Made by a program: the position numbers and the translations under genes. From positions 12,147 to 76,146 of the IMG/VR virus record IMGVR_UViG_3300010160_000037: a stretch of 64,000 bases of DNA, one strand, 5' to 3'. The first letter of the stretch is position 1, and each line of letters begins with the position of its first letter. The stretch is from a virus. This document shows, piece by piece, positions 44,201-52,021 of this stretch. The notes under the pieces were generated by a model. It was not told where the DNA came from and did no database searches. It saw only the letters and a list, made by a program, of their open reading frames with translations.

Positions 44201-45881
44201 CAGCGGTGCCTACAACGTGGTAATTGGTGGTATTGATGGCTCAACTATTGCCGCATCGAGCAATAATATACTACTTGCAGATGGCCAAGGTAACCTACGT
44301 GCTTCGTGGGACAGCGCAGGTATACAAACACATCCTGGACAAATTAAAGTTACCAACGTTACCAGTGCCACAAGCACTATAACCGGTGCTGTAATTATTT
44401 CCGGCGGCCTAGGAGTTGCTGGCGACATTTATGCTCGTAACATCTACGCTAACGGTTCTCTAGTTGGTACAGGTAGCGGAGGCGGATCAGGCGGATCATC
44501 AACTTCTACACCGTACATTGCAGTTACAAGTGCAACAGTATCTATTTCAACAGTAACAGGTGCAGAGATCGTAACTGGTGGTGTTGGTATTGGTAAAGAC
44601 TTGTTTGTCGGTGGTCCAGTATCAATTGGATTGAATACATTCCTAAACAGCGGCGCTAACTTACAATTATCTGGCAATCAAATTTCAAGTGGTGCTAACG
44701 TTGCACAAGGATTGTATGCACAAGGCGGCAACGCATTAGTATACAGCAATGATTGGTCAGTAGGTAACTGGAGTAAGTTAAACGCAACATACCAAGCAGG
44801 TAGCACATACAGCCCAGACGGAACATTAAATGCCACTAAACTTGTTGAAACAAGTGCCAACGGTAATCACTACTTCCAGCAGACTATCAGTCAAACTGGT
44901 CCAATTACAGTTAGCGTGTTTATGCAATCCGCTGATCGTACATACGGTGCAGTTAACATCACTATCGCAGGACAAGCACATACAGCATGGTTTAACTTGT
45001 CAACAGGCGCAGTAGCAAATACAGCAGGAGCATTGTATCCTGTACAAGGACGTTGCGAATTTGTTCCATACGTTGGTACAGGTAACTGGTATCGTTGCTC
45101 ATTAACAGTTTGGGCACCAACAAGTGTAACATCAACAGCATTTGGTATCTACACAGCGATTGGTAGTGGTACAGTTATCAACGATAGCTTGACATCGTAC
45201 ACAGGTACAGCAGGATTTGGTATCTATATATTTGGTGCGCAGGTAGAGTCTGGTTATATCGCAGGATACTACACACCTTCAACAAGCGCGGCGATTGCTT
45301 CAACTACAAATAACTTGTACTCCGGTGGTAGCTTGTATGTAGCAAGCACAGCAACAGTTGGTGGTAGTGCAGTAATTACTGCGGCTACATTGATGAGCAG
45401 TATTAACGGCTCTATGAGTGTTGGAAATACTTTAAGAATTACCAACACAACCAATGCTACAGCAACAGCTACAGGTGCATTGATTGTTGACGGCGGTGTT
45501 GGCATTGCAGGTAACGTATACATCGGTGGTACACTATACGCAACAGCTAAGAGCTTCTTAATTGACCACCCAACTAAGCCGGGACAGAAATTACAATACG
45601 GTTCGTTAGAAGGACCAGAGAACGGAGTTTATGTACGTGGACGTTGCACAAGTGGTGTAATTGAACTACCTGATTATTGGACTACATTAGTAGATGAAGG
45701 TTCAATAACAGTTGATATAACACCAATTGGTACGCATCAGAAACTGTATGTAGACCGTATTGAAAACAACAAAGTTTATATTGGTAATGAAAACATCATG
45801 AGTAAGAAAATCAACTGTTTCTATACAGTATGGGCCGAACGTAAAGACGTTGGCAAACTAGACGTAGAAGGAGGAAAATAA
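32286..45881 (+). CDS. giant tail fibre/adhesin protein (4531 aa) with beta-helix, LamG/ConA-like domain and YadA/Hep-Hag-like repeats
   Basis: TAAATA 32238-32243; dozens of TGAL.V.GG.GIG repeats; YTVEAWIY...WYHVAFVR...YLNG...GYIDDFRIS (LamG); NT.IGY.AG repeats; C-terminal KSFLIDHPTK...YGSLEGPE domain. Confidence 0.8.
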   Translation: MATNDDFIVKNGLVVRAASSEYQSTSTQTGAIVTPGGLGIGQNATIGGQLNVLSTSSFASQLQVSSITKILSTAVNTATVTPDGNALQVTGGIYAQNINIGGIGLIKGSQILTQADGFKGGIITDPLTINTNTQSTSTYSGALTSPGGIGIGGNLNVGGYAQITGTTYLFGDAYGNGQHLLTNLVASPGPGIASKVTFNGYTATIITTNTGVISVTGGTGISVDSPNGNVTVSNVGVTYIQAGTDITVDFNTGTVTINDGSTLQSLLLRGNSTDQTININNGAISNDPTLNNALNVLGSIGATQLTVANTSYIGGAIVVTTSNINRYVGGIITNTLRVQNTTSSISTTTGALVVDGGVGVGENVNIGGSLFVQGGITVLGSYTTVTINSTNTVFIDPVIDLGSGYDNRALAINDGLDRGLLLHYNTGSNTTFDNHAFLGRQASTGALVYLTDVAPGGSTQDVPNPFVGEWGTFKTGQLVLTSPTASTSTTTGALTAVGGIATRGNLNAQAVYDAGNRVVTNVNLTSTLISLNDPGSGIAVVSTVVTGSYVTVNLTNTGIVGLLPGAGIGIAGAGGFTATNGMMVGVPNIYNRGVLTVSVTGDLNVTWNGQSYYTGDIVLSNLSTLQTVTDRGNTTTNQVVILNQTTSTTLTATNALQVLGGISAKTLLITDSGYINGAQIVTSSTINSFSGGTINNSLFIASTETSTGSTTGALRVSGGVGFATTLNVGGLGSFLNTGTALSVTGDARFSSTIYVNTVSALTLGLDLVSIGTGTVNANGVDLLSHPTNVKYVSATSGKNTNDGFRLNSAYATLAYALTQATTGTTVYLAAGTYTEVFPLTIPAGVTVQGAGIRSTIVQPTSGSNTNNGFLLNGEVLVSDLTIANFYKPGSGFAFTSGAKITTKSPYIQRVSVITKGSVTSASDPFGFNQTDAGNGAKLDASLLDATSLEPAVLFNEATFIVPNAVGIYMTNGARAELLNGFTYFASKSIQAEAGATGFAGTGKTRLKLSGITGSFGAGDIITYKDPSGNTKAQGTIASTDGTYVYLTGPVWGFETITDRAAKTVTAYGNAKQSTVQKKFGTSSYVGDGSGDYLEVLSDSDFQFGSLGSYTVEAWIYLNSLGKAQRIFYKGTNLGTSIRFSVTSGNVLYAFHAGASITGITALTTGVWYHVAFVRNAALGTFRIYLNGTLDAYTTGVTGNVNNTDPVSIGGIVATAGESLDGYIDDFRISNVARYTAGTYTVPTSAQTSDVATLLMLNFNGGNLSTAFVDSANGTQNIISNAAASATRITLADYHQFGAELRCIGSASVYGTQGVVANGTGTDLKLIAYNMSHIGSGKDFSNDDSLAVQANEVIQTNGGLVYFQTVDQGGNFRVGTSFLINEQTGNVSFGNANVNLSSLNQLQITDGSNYATILPTSISVGNLSISGNSLSALSGGISITPSGGIVSINSSATIGGGLTISGSFAVPALTDSTSTNTGALTVGGGLGVGLQVQAGSTITTYSAAGSTSSILNNAVTVPNGGIGANTLYLTGKGYSAGNEIVTTATIGSSLGGFVPNALRITSLAQSTSTNTGALVVDGGVGIGGNLTIGGSLNLLGGGSVLTNVTATTDAYIGASVTKTGTTATINIVNLGVQTVSAGSGIFVSANTGTVTISNTDTLDTVLARGSSTAQAITMTDVEYSTSTIAGNALAVTGGVGARSLYLSTEGWIAGAQIVTSSTIGSFVGGQAVTSPLQITSTATYALNIQNGGAYIGGTVVIGGSLQVAGTVTSINSTSVDIGNKLIFLSTLTGSAIQSAESGIVVGKDDGIENDRWASLLFDGGAGAAGNWVSKGGLNPFADSTYGIGTVALQWNSAYIKNINASSVITTSSVYNTGTIGGNALQVTGGIGARSIYLTDKSYIGVNEIITTGNLANFAGTYDGQTPLHYPVQIVNTSTSTSVNSGALQVSGGAGIVGDLYVGGSARVANRLYVTNTATIGSGVLSTTPTNGSLVVTGGIGVQGNMIVNGTIQSYSDITASNYYSSGGEIRLLAPFNQITALNGPLEIASTGLIDIVSFNNIKLSPIALVTVDSALTVTGVSNFDGQAVYRYNQLTISTITGAIVAVGGIATGDSVYAGNNITANNIISSTAVAISSSTIAGNAITAPDGGLGARSLYLTDQGYINGALIVTTATLNQYTGGQIGNTLNLSNTTNSLSTNTGALTVAGGVGIGKDVVVGGSVYLSGDLYVNGAQTIVNSSSIQTGDKIIYVSTSAPSAILASGSGIAVGKPGTVRASLLFDGVSSWSSNAGINPSGLGIGLGTGSNAWSYGFFNTIKVLGNTSSTNTLTGSLQVTGGISASENLYLGTNRTSTLTNTYNALTTLGGAYIGGQLTVSGPDAWVNGSPIVTATDSKQIAFTNTTDATNTQTAAFTVAGGVGIGSTLIVGGQQYITSLLESTVTNTDNALVVSGGIYADMLMVNQIATVNGGVVITTATINQFAFNGGTITKQIIINSSTQATSTITGAFQITNGGAGIGGNVYIGGELRVQANSSTFKVINAGTATITTATISSSIFNTATQAGNALQVVGGGSFGYLRVQNQAWVGGYPVITSQNINSYSGGTINNPLVINNGTQATSTTTGALQVTNGGLGVGGNIWSGGYYEFVDPFNISPTYDGYFGINATLDAVNIGSGDTAIPLAFIQNKNEIGRITTYNPNGSAIGAVLGVGVTAPQYGIHLSGSSAGTFGWIQNANTMTNLVSLNNTLHSSLFGGDTSKIAIAAFSGDNGATFEHWIASGGTSAGSQVPLVFAGGAWDNNLGTNTTAEWARFTSTGNFAAKNNIITTAAGFSTATIASNAMQVSGGGWFGNLNVTGAAWVGNSKVVTAATIGSYSFNGGTITTALYVNTTTQAISNSSGAIRTAGGISAVGNIYAGTNFYGNLIATNVTATTINSAGSPLSIGGALTLSTATDQTGAGTGALAVTGGASITKSLYVGSNLSSTSTVGGNALQVVGGIGASTLYLSTDGWIGNAQIVTSANINSFSGGTINNALTIANTTDSINTQTGAFVVTGGVGIGKNLWVGGNANVLGSMYLTGDLYVDGTQTIIDSTRIQTGDKGIYLSTSSSNASLAINSGLYIGNTTAPYASMLFDGINAWVSQGNIIPSTSGGWSLGNNTTPWNTLYSITARFSGAVESTTTQTGSLQVVGGAGVGKSLTVGNTATVQSTLFNLTAATGNAIYTPGGIGAKYLSIDTNGYINGSPIVTVANIGAYAYNGGYVANAIIINSTTNATAALNTGSLVNYGGAAITKDVYVGGIVNIASVAANTTTIANNALSVAGGIGANTLYIATAGYIGTSPIITAANINSFSGGTINAALTINNATQSVSTTTGALIVQNGGLGLGGNIYTGGYAAIGINYAQAGTLGNTATGSLQVFGGAGINGNLTVASQGYFGGNVGINTALPGQALEVNGNIVAGSYNSSRVQITNAGGSQAIYEIKLTEASPRWQAGRDLFGLDTSGIAFMNANQTFAAGGAGIGATSGNNGYLGLYTTNGTSQALRVTIDGGAQGGNLGIGASNNLQGKLHINGASASGYGIYATGNNDHLLRSGASGSYVDLQITRTGVGSNADWRLGVAGAASNFIATAAAGDAVMTYGSNLIFANAANYEMARFGNGAFTIATATQAISTQSGSIVTYGGAGIGGNLFVGGTANITGTTFISSAIASTSTIAGNALQVTGGIGAQSIYLTNNSWINGYQIVTTQNVGSFTGAFNGGTITNPLFIQNGTNAAGTGSGALYTTGGIGITQDLYVGGQTTHVGITNLSGLVTVINATNASSTTTAAVKITNGGLGVGGNIWTGGNINFNTAVNKIRWQTTQIAVGDDGGAGQGSIFFNSNNAGYPSSTSSVQSVVIGAYAGPALSGAQTTLVGNNAGFTLTSGVGNTLIGYNAGNLIAAGTYNTYVGNSAGAGNNSTLSAGVGVGYQALQVATGNQNVGLGYQAGKSITSGAYNVVIGGIDGSTIAASSNNILLADGQGNLRASWDSAGIQTHPGQIKVTNVTSATSTITGAVIISGGLGVAGDIYARNIYANGSLVGTGSGGGSGGSSTSTPYIAVTSATVSISTVTGAEIVTGGVGIGKDLFVGGPVSIGLNTFLNSGANLQLSGNQISSGANVAQGLYAQGGNALVYSNDWSVGNWSKLNATYQAGSTYSPDGTLNATKLVETSANGNHYFQQTISQTGPITVSVFMQSADRTYGAVNITIAGQAHTAWFNLSTGAVANTAGALYPVQGRCEFVPYVGTGNWYRCSLTVWAPTSVTSTAFGIYTAIGSGTVINDSLTSYTGTAGFGIYIFGAQVESGYIAGYYTPSTSAAIASTTNNLYSGGSLYVASTATVGGSAVITAATLMSSINGSMSVGNTLRITNTTNATATATGALIVDGGVGIAGNVYIGGTLYATAKSFLIDHPTKPGQKLQYGSLEGPENGVYVRGRCTSGVIELPDYWTTLVDEGSITVDITPIGTHQKLYVDRIENNKVYIGNENIMSKKINCFYTVWAERKDVGKLDVEGGK

Positions 45882-45882
45882 T

Positions 45883-46536
45883 ATGTCAGTAGCAATAGGA
45901 CCTTTTATTCCTCTTTCAGGATTGGCGTTCATGGCTGATCCACGTAACACAAAATGTTATCCAGGCACAGGTACAGCCGCATTTAATCAAATAGATAATC
46001 AGGGGCTAACACTGAGCTCTGCAAGTGCATGGTCGGGTAACTACTTTACCCCAGGCGCGGCATTTACTATCGCCAGTAATAACTCCTATTCACTAAGCAT
46101 GACTTCGGGTTATACTGTAATCCAGTTTATGAATTTAATAAGCCGGGCAGGCGGAACATTTGGTTATACTTCTGGTTCAAATACCGCCAACTTGTACATG
46201 GGTAATGCGACAAATATGCGTTGGCAAACTTACCTAACAGGTGGCGACTTGACTTCAAATTCAACAGTACCACTGAATACATGGCATTGCTGGGCAGGAA
46301 GTTTTAGCGGAACGGGCTCTGCAGGCGGAACAGCAACAAGCAAACTTTACTATAACGGAGTACTAGATGCTCAAAACAACGTAGCAGGATCTGCAAGTAT
46401 AGCTGGTAACTTCCAGATATTTTACAGCGGCCCACCTAACGGTAGCATTGGACCCACATTATTTTACAACAGAGTACTAAGTGACCTTGAAGTAAAAACA
46501 TGCTTCCAAGCATATCGAGCAAGTTTTGGAATTTAA
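45883..46536 (+). CDS. LamG/concanavalin-A-like lectin-domain protein
   Basis: DP.N..CYPGTG start; NTWH...KLYYNG...FYNRVLSD.EV...F.A.R..FGI end. Confidence 0.7.
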   Translation: MSVAIGPFIPLSGLAFMADPRNTKCYPGTGTAAFNQIDNQGLTLSSASAWSGNYFTPGAAFTIASNNSYSLSMTSGYTVIQFMNLISRAGGTFGYTSGSNTANLYMGNATNMRWQTYLTGGDLTSNSTVPLNTWHCWAGSFSGTGSAGGTATSKLYYNGVLDAQNNVAGSASIAGNFQIFYSGPPNGSIGPTLFYNRVLSDLEVKTCFQAYRASFGI

Positions 46537-46570
46537 TAGACCGATAAATATAGGAACAATGGAATAAGAG

Positions 46571-49087
46571 ATGGCATATACTGATCGTAATATTTTAATA
46601 ACGCCAAACATTGGTTCAAGTACAGCTGAGCCGATAATAAGGTTCATCGGCGGTGGCTCAGCCAGCTCTGCATCTACATATATCCGTGTACTAGATAACG
46701 GCACACAAGCATGGGAAGGTACGAACGGACAATTAAAAAGTGTAATTGACAGCATGGCTGGACAGTTGTTTACAGTTACTGATAAGAGCGGTATACCTAG
46801 CGTTATTGTACAAGACACTGGTGTAGTTAATATTGCACCTTACAACGGTATTACATATATTGGCGCATCAACGAGCCCAATCCAATCTACAAATACACAA
46901 ACTGGTAGCCTACAAGTATTTGGTGGCGCAGGTATTAGTGGAAACTTAAACATTGGCGGCTCGTTCGCCATGAACGCCAACTTGGGTGTTGGTGGTGCAG
47001 GATCTACCTACGGTATTACAGTTTCAACAACAACAAACGTTGCAGGATACTTTTATGACAATGCATCATTAAGAGCAGTTGCAATACAGGTCGGTAACAG
47101 CACATTTCCGTTAGGTCTAGGCCTAAACTCATATAACGTAGCAGGTACAACTTATGTAAGTGGCACAGGATTTAATGCACAAGTTCAATTAACGTCTGGA
47201 AATTTAAACTTTCTAGTATCAAGTGCCAGTCAATCAGCTGGTGCCATTGCTACACAGTTAAACGGATTAACAGTTTCAGCAACTGGTATTTTAGTACCAC
47301 TATCAACAGCAATTACGGTTGCATCTGGTGTCGCAACAACGGGCACTGGTGCTATAGTTACCTACGGTGGTATATCAGCAGGCGGTGGCCTTGTAACCGG
47401 TGCTGATGCCTTCCACAGCGGAGTGCGTATTGGTACAGGTAACTCAAATATTGCAACAAACTTAGTACTAGGTACAGGTGCAGGAGCCGCACTATTAACA
47501 GGTGGTACGAACGCATTAATTGGTTATCAAGCAGGTAATGCTCTAACAAGTTCTGCAGGTAATACTGCGATTGGCTATCAATCACTATTGGCACAAACAG
47601 CAACAGGCGGTAATAATACTGCGATCGGTTATCAGGCCATGTACACAGCCAACAATACTGCTATGCAAAATAACGTTGCTATTGGGTATCGTGCGCTAGG
47701 TACAGGTAACGGTGGCTTCTACAACAACACGGCAATCGGATATCAAGCTGGTTTCCAGATGGCAGGTGGCTATCAAAATACCTTAATTGGCTACAATGCA
47801 GGTAACGCACTAACCAGCGGAGCAAGTAATACCCTGATTGGATTTGGTGCTGGTACAAGCATCGGAGCCGCGATCAACAACGCAGTTATTATCGGTGGTA
47901 ATGCTGGTGGTACGATTGTTGCCAACGGTATTATTATTTCTGACGGTGCAGGCAATATTAGATTAATTGCCAACGGCAGTGGTGACTTTACAGTTAACTC
48001 AACTACTGCGGCTAACGGTACAGCAGGTACAGGTGCATTCGCAATAGCAGGCGGAGCAAGCATTGCGAGTGGTCTAACACTAGGCGGAGCACTATACATT
48101 GGTGGATCTGCAGGAACAAGTGGTTATGCACTAACATCAACTGGTACTGGTCTTGCATGGGCACAGACTGGTGTTACTGTCGCAAACATTACAACCAACG
48201 CTACCTATTATCCAACATTTACAAACTCAGTAAGTGGTGCTATCACAACGCTAAACGTTAATAGCGCATCACTAACTTATAATCCAGGTACTACTACATT
48301 ATCTTGCCCAACACACATTGCTACAACAACATTCCAGGGACCAATTGGTTCAGGTGTTACAGCATACTCAGGTAACTTTACAACCATTAACGGGTCAGGT
48401 CAGCTTACTGTTAGCGCAACTGGTGTTACACATACTATCACTGGTGCGGCATCAGGTGCATTGACTCTAAACAACAACTCAGCGGCAGTAGGCGGCGGCG
48501 TATGTTTACAGGTTAATGGTTCGGGCGATATTAACGTCACAAGCGGTGGTAGTTTATTCTTTGGTACCTACAATTACGGTACTGGTACGTATTTGCGTGG
48601 TAATGGTGGCGGCGAATGGTATCTGTATCGTTCGGGAAACAACACACTACAATCTAGCGGTACTGGCGCAATACAGGTTAACGGTTTACTATATGTGACC
48701 AGCGACCTTTACACTAATACTTCTGATATTAGGTTAAAAACAGTTCTTGCTCCTTTAACCAGTGCAAGTGCAAAACTTAAAACGCTCGATACATTTATCT
48801 ATGTAAACAACGAGCTGGCTCTTAGCCTAGGACAAAAATCCACCCGTGAACAAGTTGGTGTGAACGCGGCACAGGTACAGGCAGTACAACCACAAGCTGT
48901 GGGAATAGCACCATTAGATGTAGACGAAAACGGTCTATCTAAGTCCGGAGAAAACTATCTAACTGTACAATACGAAAAATTAGTACCGTTAGTAATAGCA
49001 GGACACAACGAACATTCAGACGAAATTGCGCAGTTAAAAGAAGAAATTGCGCAGTTAAAAGCATTAGTAGCAGGGCTACTTAAATAA
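46571..49087 (+). CDS. tail fibre protein with C-terminal intramolecular chaperone (peptidase S74-like)
   Basis: NTAIGYQA Hep/Hag-like repeats; TSDIRLK...VGV.A.QVQAV.P.AV...YLTVQYEKLVPL and terminal coiled coil; TAAATA 46545-46550. Confidence 0.85.
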   Translation: MAYTDRNILITPNIGSSTAEPIIRFIGGGSASSASTYIRVLDNGTQAWEGTNGQLKSVIDSMAGQLFTVTDKSGIPSVIVQDTGVVNIAPYNGITYIGASTSPIQSTNTQTGSLQVFGGAGISGNLNIGGSFAMNANLGVGGAGSTYGITVSTTTNVAGYFYDNASLRAVAIQVGNSTFPLGLGLNSYNVAGTTYVSGTGFNAQVQLTSGNLNFLVSSASQSAGAIATQLNGLTVSATGILVPLSTAITVASGVATTGTGAIVTYGGISAGGGLVTGADAFHSGVRIGTGNSNIATNLVLGTGAGAALLTGGTNALIGYQAGNALTSSAGNTAIGYQSLLAQTATGGNNTAIGYQAMYTANNTAMQNNVAIGYRALGTGNGGFYNNTAIGYQAGFQMAGGYQNTLIGYNAGNALTSGASNTLIGFGAGTSIGAAINNAVIIGGNAGGTIVANGIIISDGAGNIRLIANGSGDFTVNSTTAANGTAGTGAFAIAGGASIASGLTLGGALYIGGSAGTSGYALTSTGTGLAWAQTGVTVANITTNATYYPTFTNSVSGAITTLNVNSASLTYNPGTTTLSCPTHIATTTFQGPIGSGVTAYSGNFTTINGSGQLTVSATGVTHTITGAASGALTLNNNSAAVGGGVCLQVNGSGDINVTSGGSLFFGTYNYGTGTYLRGNGGGEWYLYRSGNNTLQSSGTGAIQVNGLLYVTSDLYTNTSDIRLKTVLAPLTSASAKLKTLDTFIYVNNELALSLGQKSTREQVGVNAAQVQAVQPQAVGIAPLDVDENGLSKSGENYLTVQYEKLVPLVIAGHNEHSDEIAQLKEEIAQLKALVAGLLK
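49022..49061 (+). repeat. 19-bp direct repeat x2 (21-bp period; coiled-coil heptad duplication)
   Basis: GAAATTGCGCAGTTAAAAG at 49022 and 49043, encoding EIAQLK twice. Confidence 0.9.
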
Positions 49088-49112
49088 ATAATAGTAACAA
49101 GAGGACACTAAC

Positions 49113-50234
49113 ATGGCATTATACATTGGTAACACTAACATTATTCCGGGCATTTATCCGCTACCCAGCTCGGATACTTACTGTCGCGGAGCAACCTTAG
49201 TAACTGACGGAACCAACGCATTCTGGACTTATCCAGGTAGCCCATCGGGTAATCCACAAGCAGGTTATAGATACCGTAGTGTCCTAACACACGGATTTAG
49301 TGCGGCTGGATACAAGGGCGGTAATGCATGGCGTGCTCTTAACAAGACATGGCATTCAACAGACATTACCTACTATTGCGGTGAGCAGTTGATGTACACC
49401 GGCGACTACATGGACGGTTTCTTTAGTGATTACAATGGTTACTCTTTAGGTACAAACAACGGCTTCGGCGGCGCAAACAGCCACACTGACAGTTTTAACC
49501 TGTACACAGGTTTGAATCGCAGTAAGACAGGCGGAACATTTAGTCCTTATTCATTCGGTTATGTAGGTGACGATCCGCAAGCAGTTATGGGCTATGGTAC
49601 TGTGGGCGGCTGGGACATGTCAGTTGCACGTCGAGCTCAGGGAGCAACAAGCGCGGCAACTTATCAATATGGATATTGCACAGGCGGTGGCCCAAGCTCA
49701 ACAGAAAAAATGCACTTTCCATCAGAAGTTATGTATACTACTACTGGTAACAATCGTGGAGGTGGCCCAACTTCTGGTTGTGGCGGTCAAGAAATTTCTT
49801 GGTTCTCAATCGGTGGCGGTTCGTCAGGCATTTATCATTCAAATGACAGCTGGTTTGGTTCTCCAACACAGTTTACTCCAGACGGATTTATGAAATTGTT
49901 AAGCACCAAGTATGGCTGGCATTACAGCGGTACAGGTAACAACGTACAGCAAGGTCGTGTGCAGTTTAACGAAACGTCTGGTTCAGCTATTGCTTACTTC
50001 TCACAGATATCAGCATATGGAGAAGACGTTATGATGGCAGGACAAGATTGGGGTTATATGACTGGTAACTATGACGGTCAGCAGAATAACAAGTGCGATA
50101 AGACAACTTATAACAACAACGCACAAACACGTATGCCAGCGGCAACACGTAATAAAGGGCACTATGGTGCAAGTTCAGGTCACGCAGTTTCTGCGGCGGC
50201 AACGGTAGCAAGTTCAGGACGTCCAGGAGTTTAA
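49113..50234 (+). CDS. G/Y/S-rich protein, possible beta-propeller fibre tip
   Basis: LVTDGTNAFW fibre-linker motif then GF..AGY, GY..GG and GY..GNY blades; TAAATA at 49081-49090. Confidence 0.6.
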   Translation: MALYIGNTNIIPGIYPLPSSDTYCRGATLVTDGTNAFWTYPGSPSGNPQAGYRYRSVLTHGFSAAGYKGGNAWRALNKTWHSTDITYYCGEQLMYTGDYMDGFFSDYNGYSLGTNNGFGGANSHTDSFNLYTGLNRSKTGGTFSPYSFGYVGDDPQAVMGYGTVGGWDMSVARRAQGATSAATYQYGYCTGGGPSSTEKMHFPSEVMYTTTGNNRGGGPTSGCGGQEISWFSIGGGSSGIYHSNDSWFGSPTQFTPDGFMKLLSTKYGWHYSGTGNNVQQGRVQFNETSGSAIAYFSQISAYGEDVMMAGQDWGYMTGNYDGQQNNKCDKTTYNNNAQTRMPAATRNKGHYGASSGHAVSAAATVASSGRPGV

Positions 50235-50235
50235 T

Positions 50236-51201
50236 ATGCCAGATAACAATCCAAATAATCGAGAAGTAGAGTATTCAGTAGACTTTTGGGATGTATCAGT
50301 ATATCCAAACGTAGAAGCATTACCACCGGCATTGTACAGCGGCGATCCAACGTATGATGTAAATCCTTTTGTGAATACCGAAATAATATACATGATAGTA
50401 GGAGATCATGTATTACCTAACTCATTGTTTGAAAGCATCCACAACGATCCTGCAATGTATTGCGAAGAATTATATTCATTGTTCAATGTACAATGTGTAG
50501 CAATGAGCAAGCATTTGTATGATACGCTACATTATACCTGGCCTAGAGCAAAAATTAATTTTATCTCTGAAAGTATGGCTCGAAATGGAAAACAATTCTT
50601 TGCAGACTATCGAGCCGCAGGTAAAGTTTGGATCTCAAATACAGAAGATAGAGCACACGGACCGGATGGTATTTCTCCAACACAAAACTTAGATGCGGGA
50701 TTCAAACTAGAAGTAGCAATCACAGATGATATCGTAAAAGATGTTCGAGATTTTATGTTCTTGTTTGCAAAAGAAACTGTTGAAGATGAGTTTGAGCGCA
50801 GATACATGACAATGGCTCCGAGCGGTAAATTAGAGCAAGCATCATGGGAAACACAAAAACACGAAGCCCGTGAATGGTTGACTAACCGAGGTCAAAACGG
50901 ATCACGTACACCGTTTTTAGATTATCTAGCAACTTCACATAACCGTGATAAAACAGCATTAGCAAATAAAATTTTAGAAAAAGCAGAAGTATATGAGGAT
51001 CAGCTATCTGATTTGCTCGTAGCACAACAAAGAGTCATAGCCGATTTCAAAGCGGCCCAAACTGTGTGGGATATAAATATTCAATACGAAAGGTACTTCG
51101 GATTGGCTGTTCCTATTAAACAAGCACAAGAAATGGGATGGACTGAAGGACCTGATAATACAATAAGAAAAACACAGGTGCCACATGGATTCCAATTCTA
51201 A
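50236..51201 (+). CDS. hypothetical protein with tail-fibre-associated helical C-terminal domain
   Basis: E.ASW..Q..EA..W...TPFLD.LA......LA.KILEKA..Y motif, which I recall from small genes next to phage tail fibres. Confidence 0.6.
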   Translation: MPDNNPNNREVEYSVDFWDVSVYPNVEALPPALYSGDPTYDVNPFVNTEIIYMIVGDHVLPNSLFESIHNDPAMYCEELYSLFNVQCVAMSKHLYDTLHYTWPRAKINFISESMARNGKQFFADYRAAGKVWISNTEDRAHGPDGISPTQNLDAGFKLEVAITDDIVKDVRDFMFLFAKETVEDEFERRYMTMAPSGKLEQASWETQKHEAREWLTNRGQNGSRTPFLDYLATSHNRDKTALANKILEKAEVYEDQLSDLLVAQQRVIADFKAAQTVWDINIQYERYFGLAVPIKQAQEMGWTEGPDNTIRKTQVPHGFQF

Positions 51202-52021
51202 AAAAACAAACACATACATCAAAAACATAGAAAATATCGTAGCTTCGGATGTAAATGAAATACATATCGATGATGATTTTCTAAAAAGGTACGACATGGG
51301 CGATTTCGAAAAAGAAATCATGACCTATGCCGTACATTCAAACATGGGCATGACTGCCTATCAATGCCAAAACTTTGTAGCCCGCAGTCAACTTACCCCA
51401 TGGCGTCAAGTTCGACAAGCCTATATGGAGCTCGAATCACGCTATCACGCTTACCAAGAAATTAAAGCAAGCCTTCGAAAAGCAGAATTGCTACGAAAAA
51501 AGTGGGTACGCGACCAAGCTGAAGCGGTAGATGAAATTGCTAAAGAAATGTTACAAGTAGATATTGATAAAAATGACTATGATATCACTATTTGGAAACG
51601 TAAAATGTTGCAAGCAGAACGTGAAATTAATGCGTTCCTAGAGATTGTTAAATTCTATGCAAAGACTGAGGAAGATCTTGAATGGTTTGCCGCAGAAAAT
51701 GCAGAAGAAGAACGCAAGTATTGGATCGCACGTATGGGTAAACAGGCCGCAATGGATATTATAAGTTACGGTCGAGTTGCATCTGGTAATATGGACAGTA
51801 TTGCTATGATGCCAGAAGGCGATCAAATCGAAGCTCTACAAATGGCCACAAAGTATGCTGGCATGGTCCAAGCAGGGATACATAATATATCGTTAGGAGT
51901 ACAGAGCTCCGTCGATAAATTACTAGAGAGTAGAGATGAAAGAATCCCAGACTTCTGCGAAGACGCAAAAAATATTCAGCTTACCAATCAACCCAAAATT
52001 AACGGAAGCACAATACTTTAA
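51185..52021 (+). CDS. hypothetical coiled-coil protein
   Basis: 278-aa helical ORF overlapping both neighbours. Confidence 0.7.
   Translation: MDSNSKKTNTYIKNIENIVASDVNEIHIDDDFLKRYDMGDFEKEIMTYAVHSNMGMTAYQCQNFVARSQLTPWRQVRQAYMELESRYHAYQEIKASLRKAELLRKKWVRDQAEAVDEIAKEMLQVDIDKNDYDITIWKRKMLQAEREINAFLEIVKFYAKTEEDLEWFAAENAEEERKYWIARMGKQAAMDIISYGRVASGNMDSIAMMPEGDQIEALQMATKYAGMVQAGIHNISLGVQSSVDKLLESRDERIPDFCEDAKNIQLTNQPKINGSTIL

Noticed and set aside
26705-45523. Many minus-strand ORFs of 60-190 aa inside the giant fibre genes
   Set aside because: They are antisense shadows of Gly/Thr/Val repeat codons (P/T/V-rich), with no SD or promoter support.
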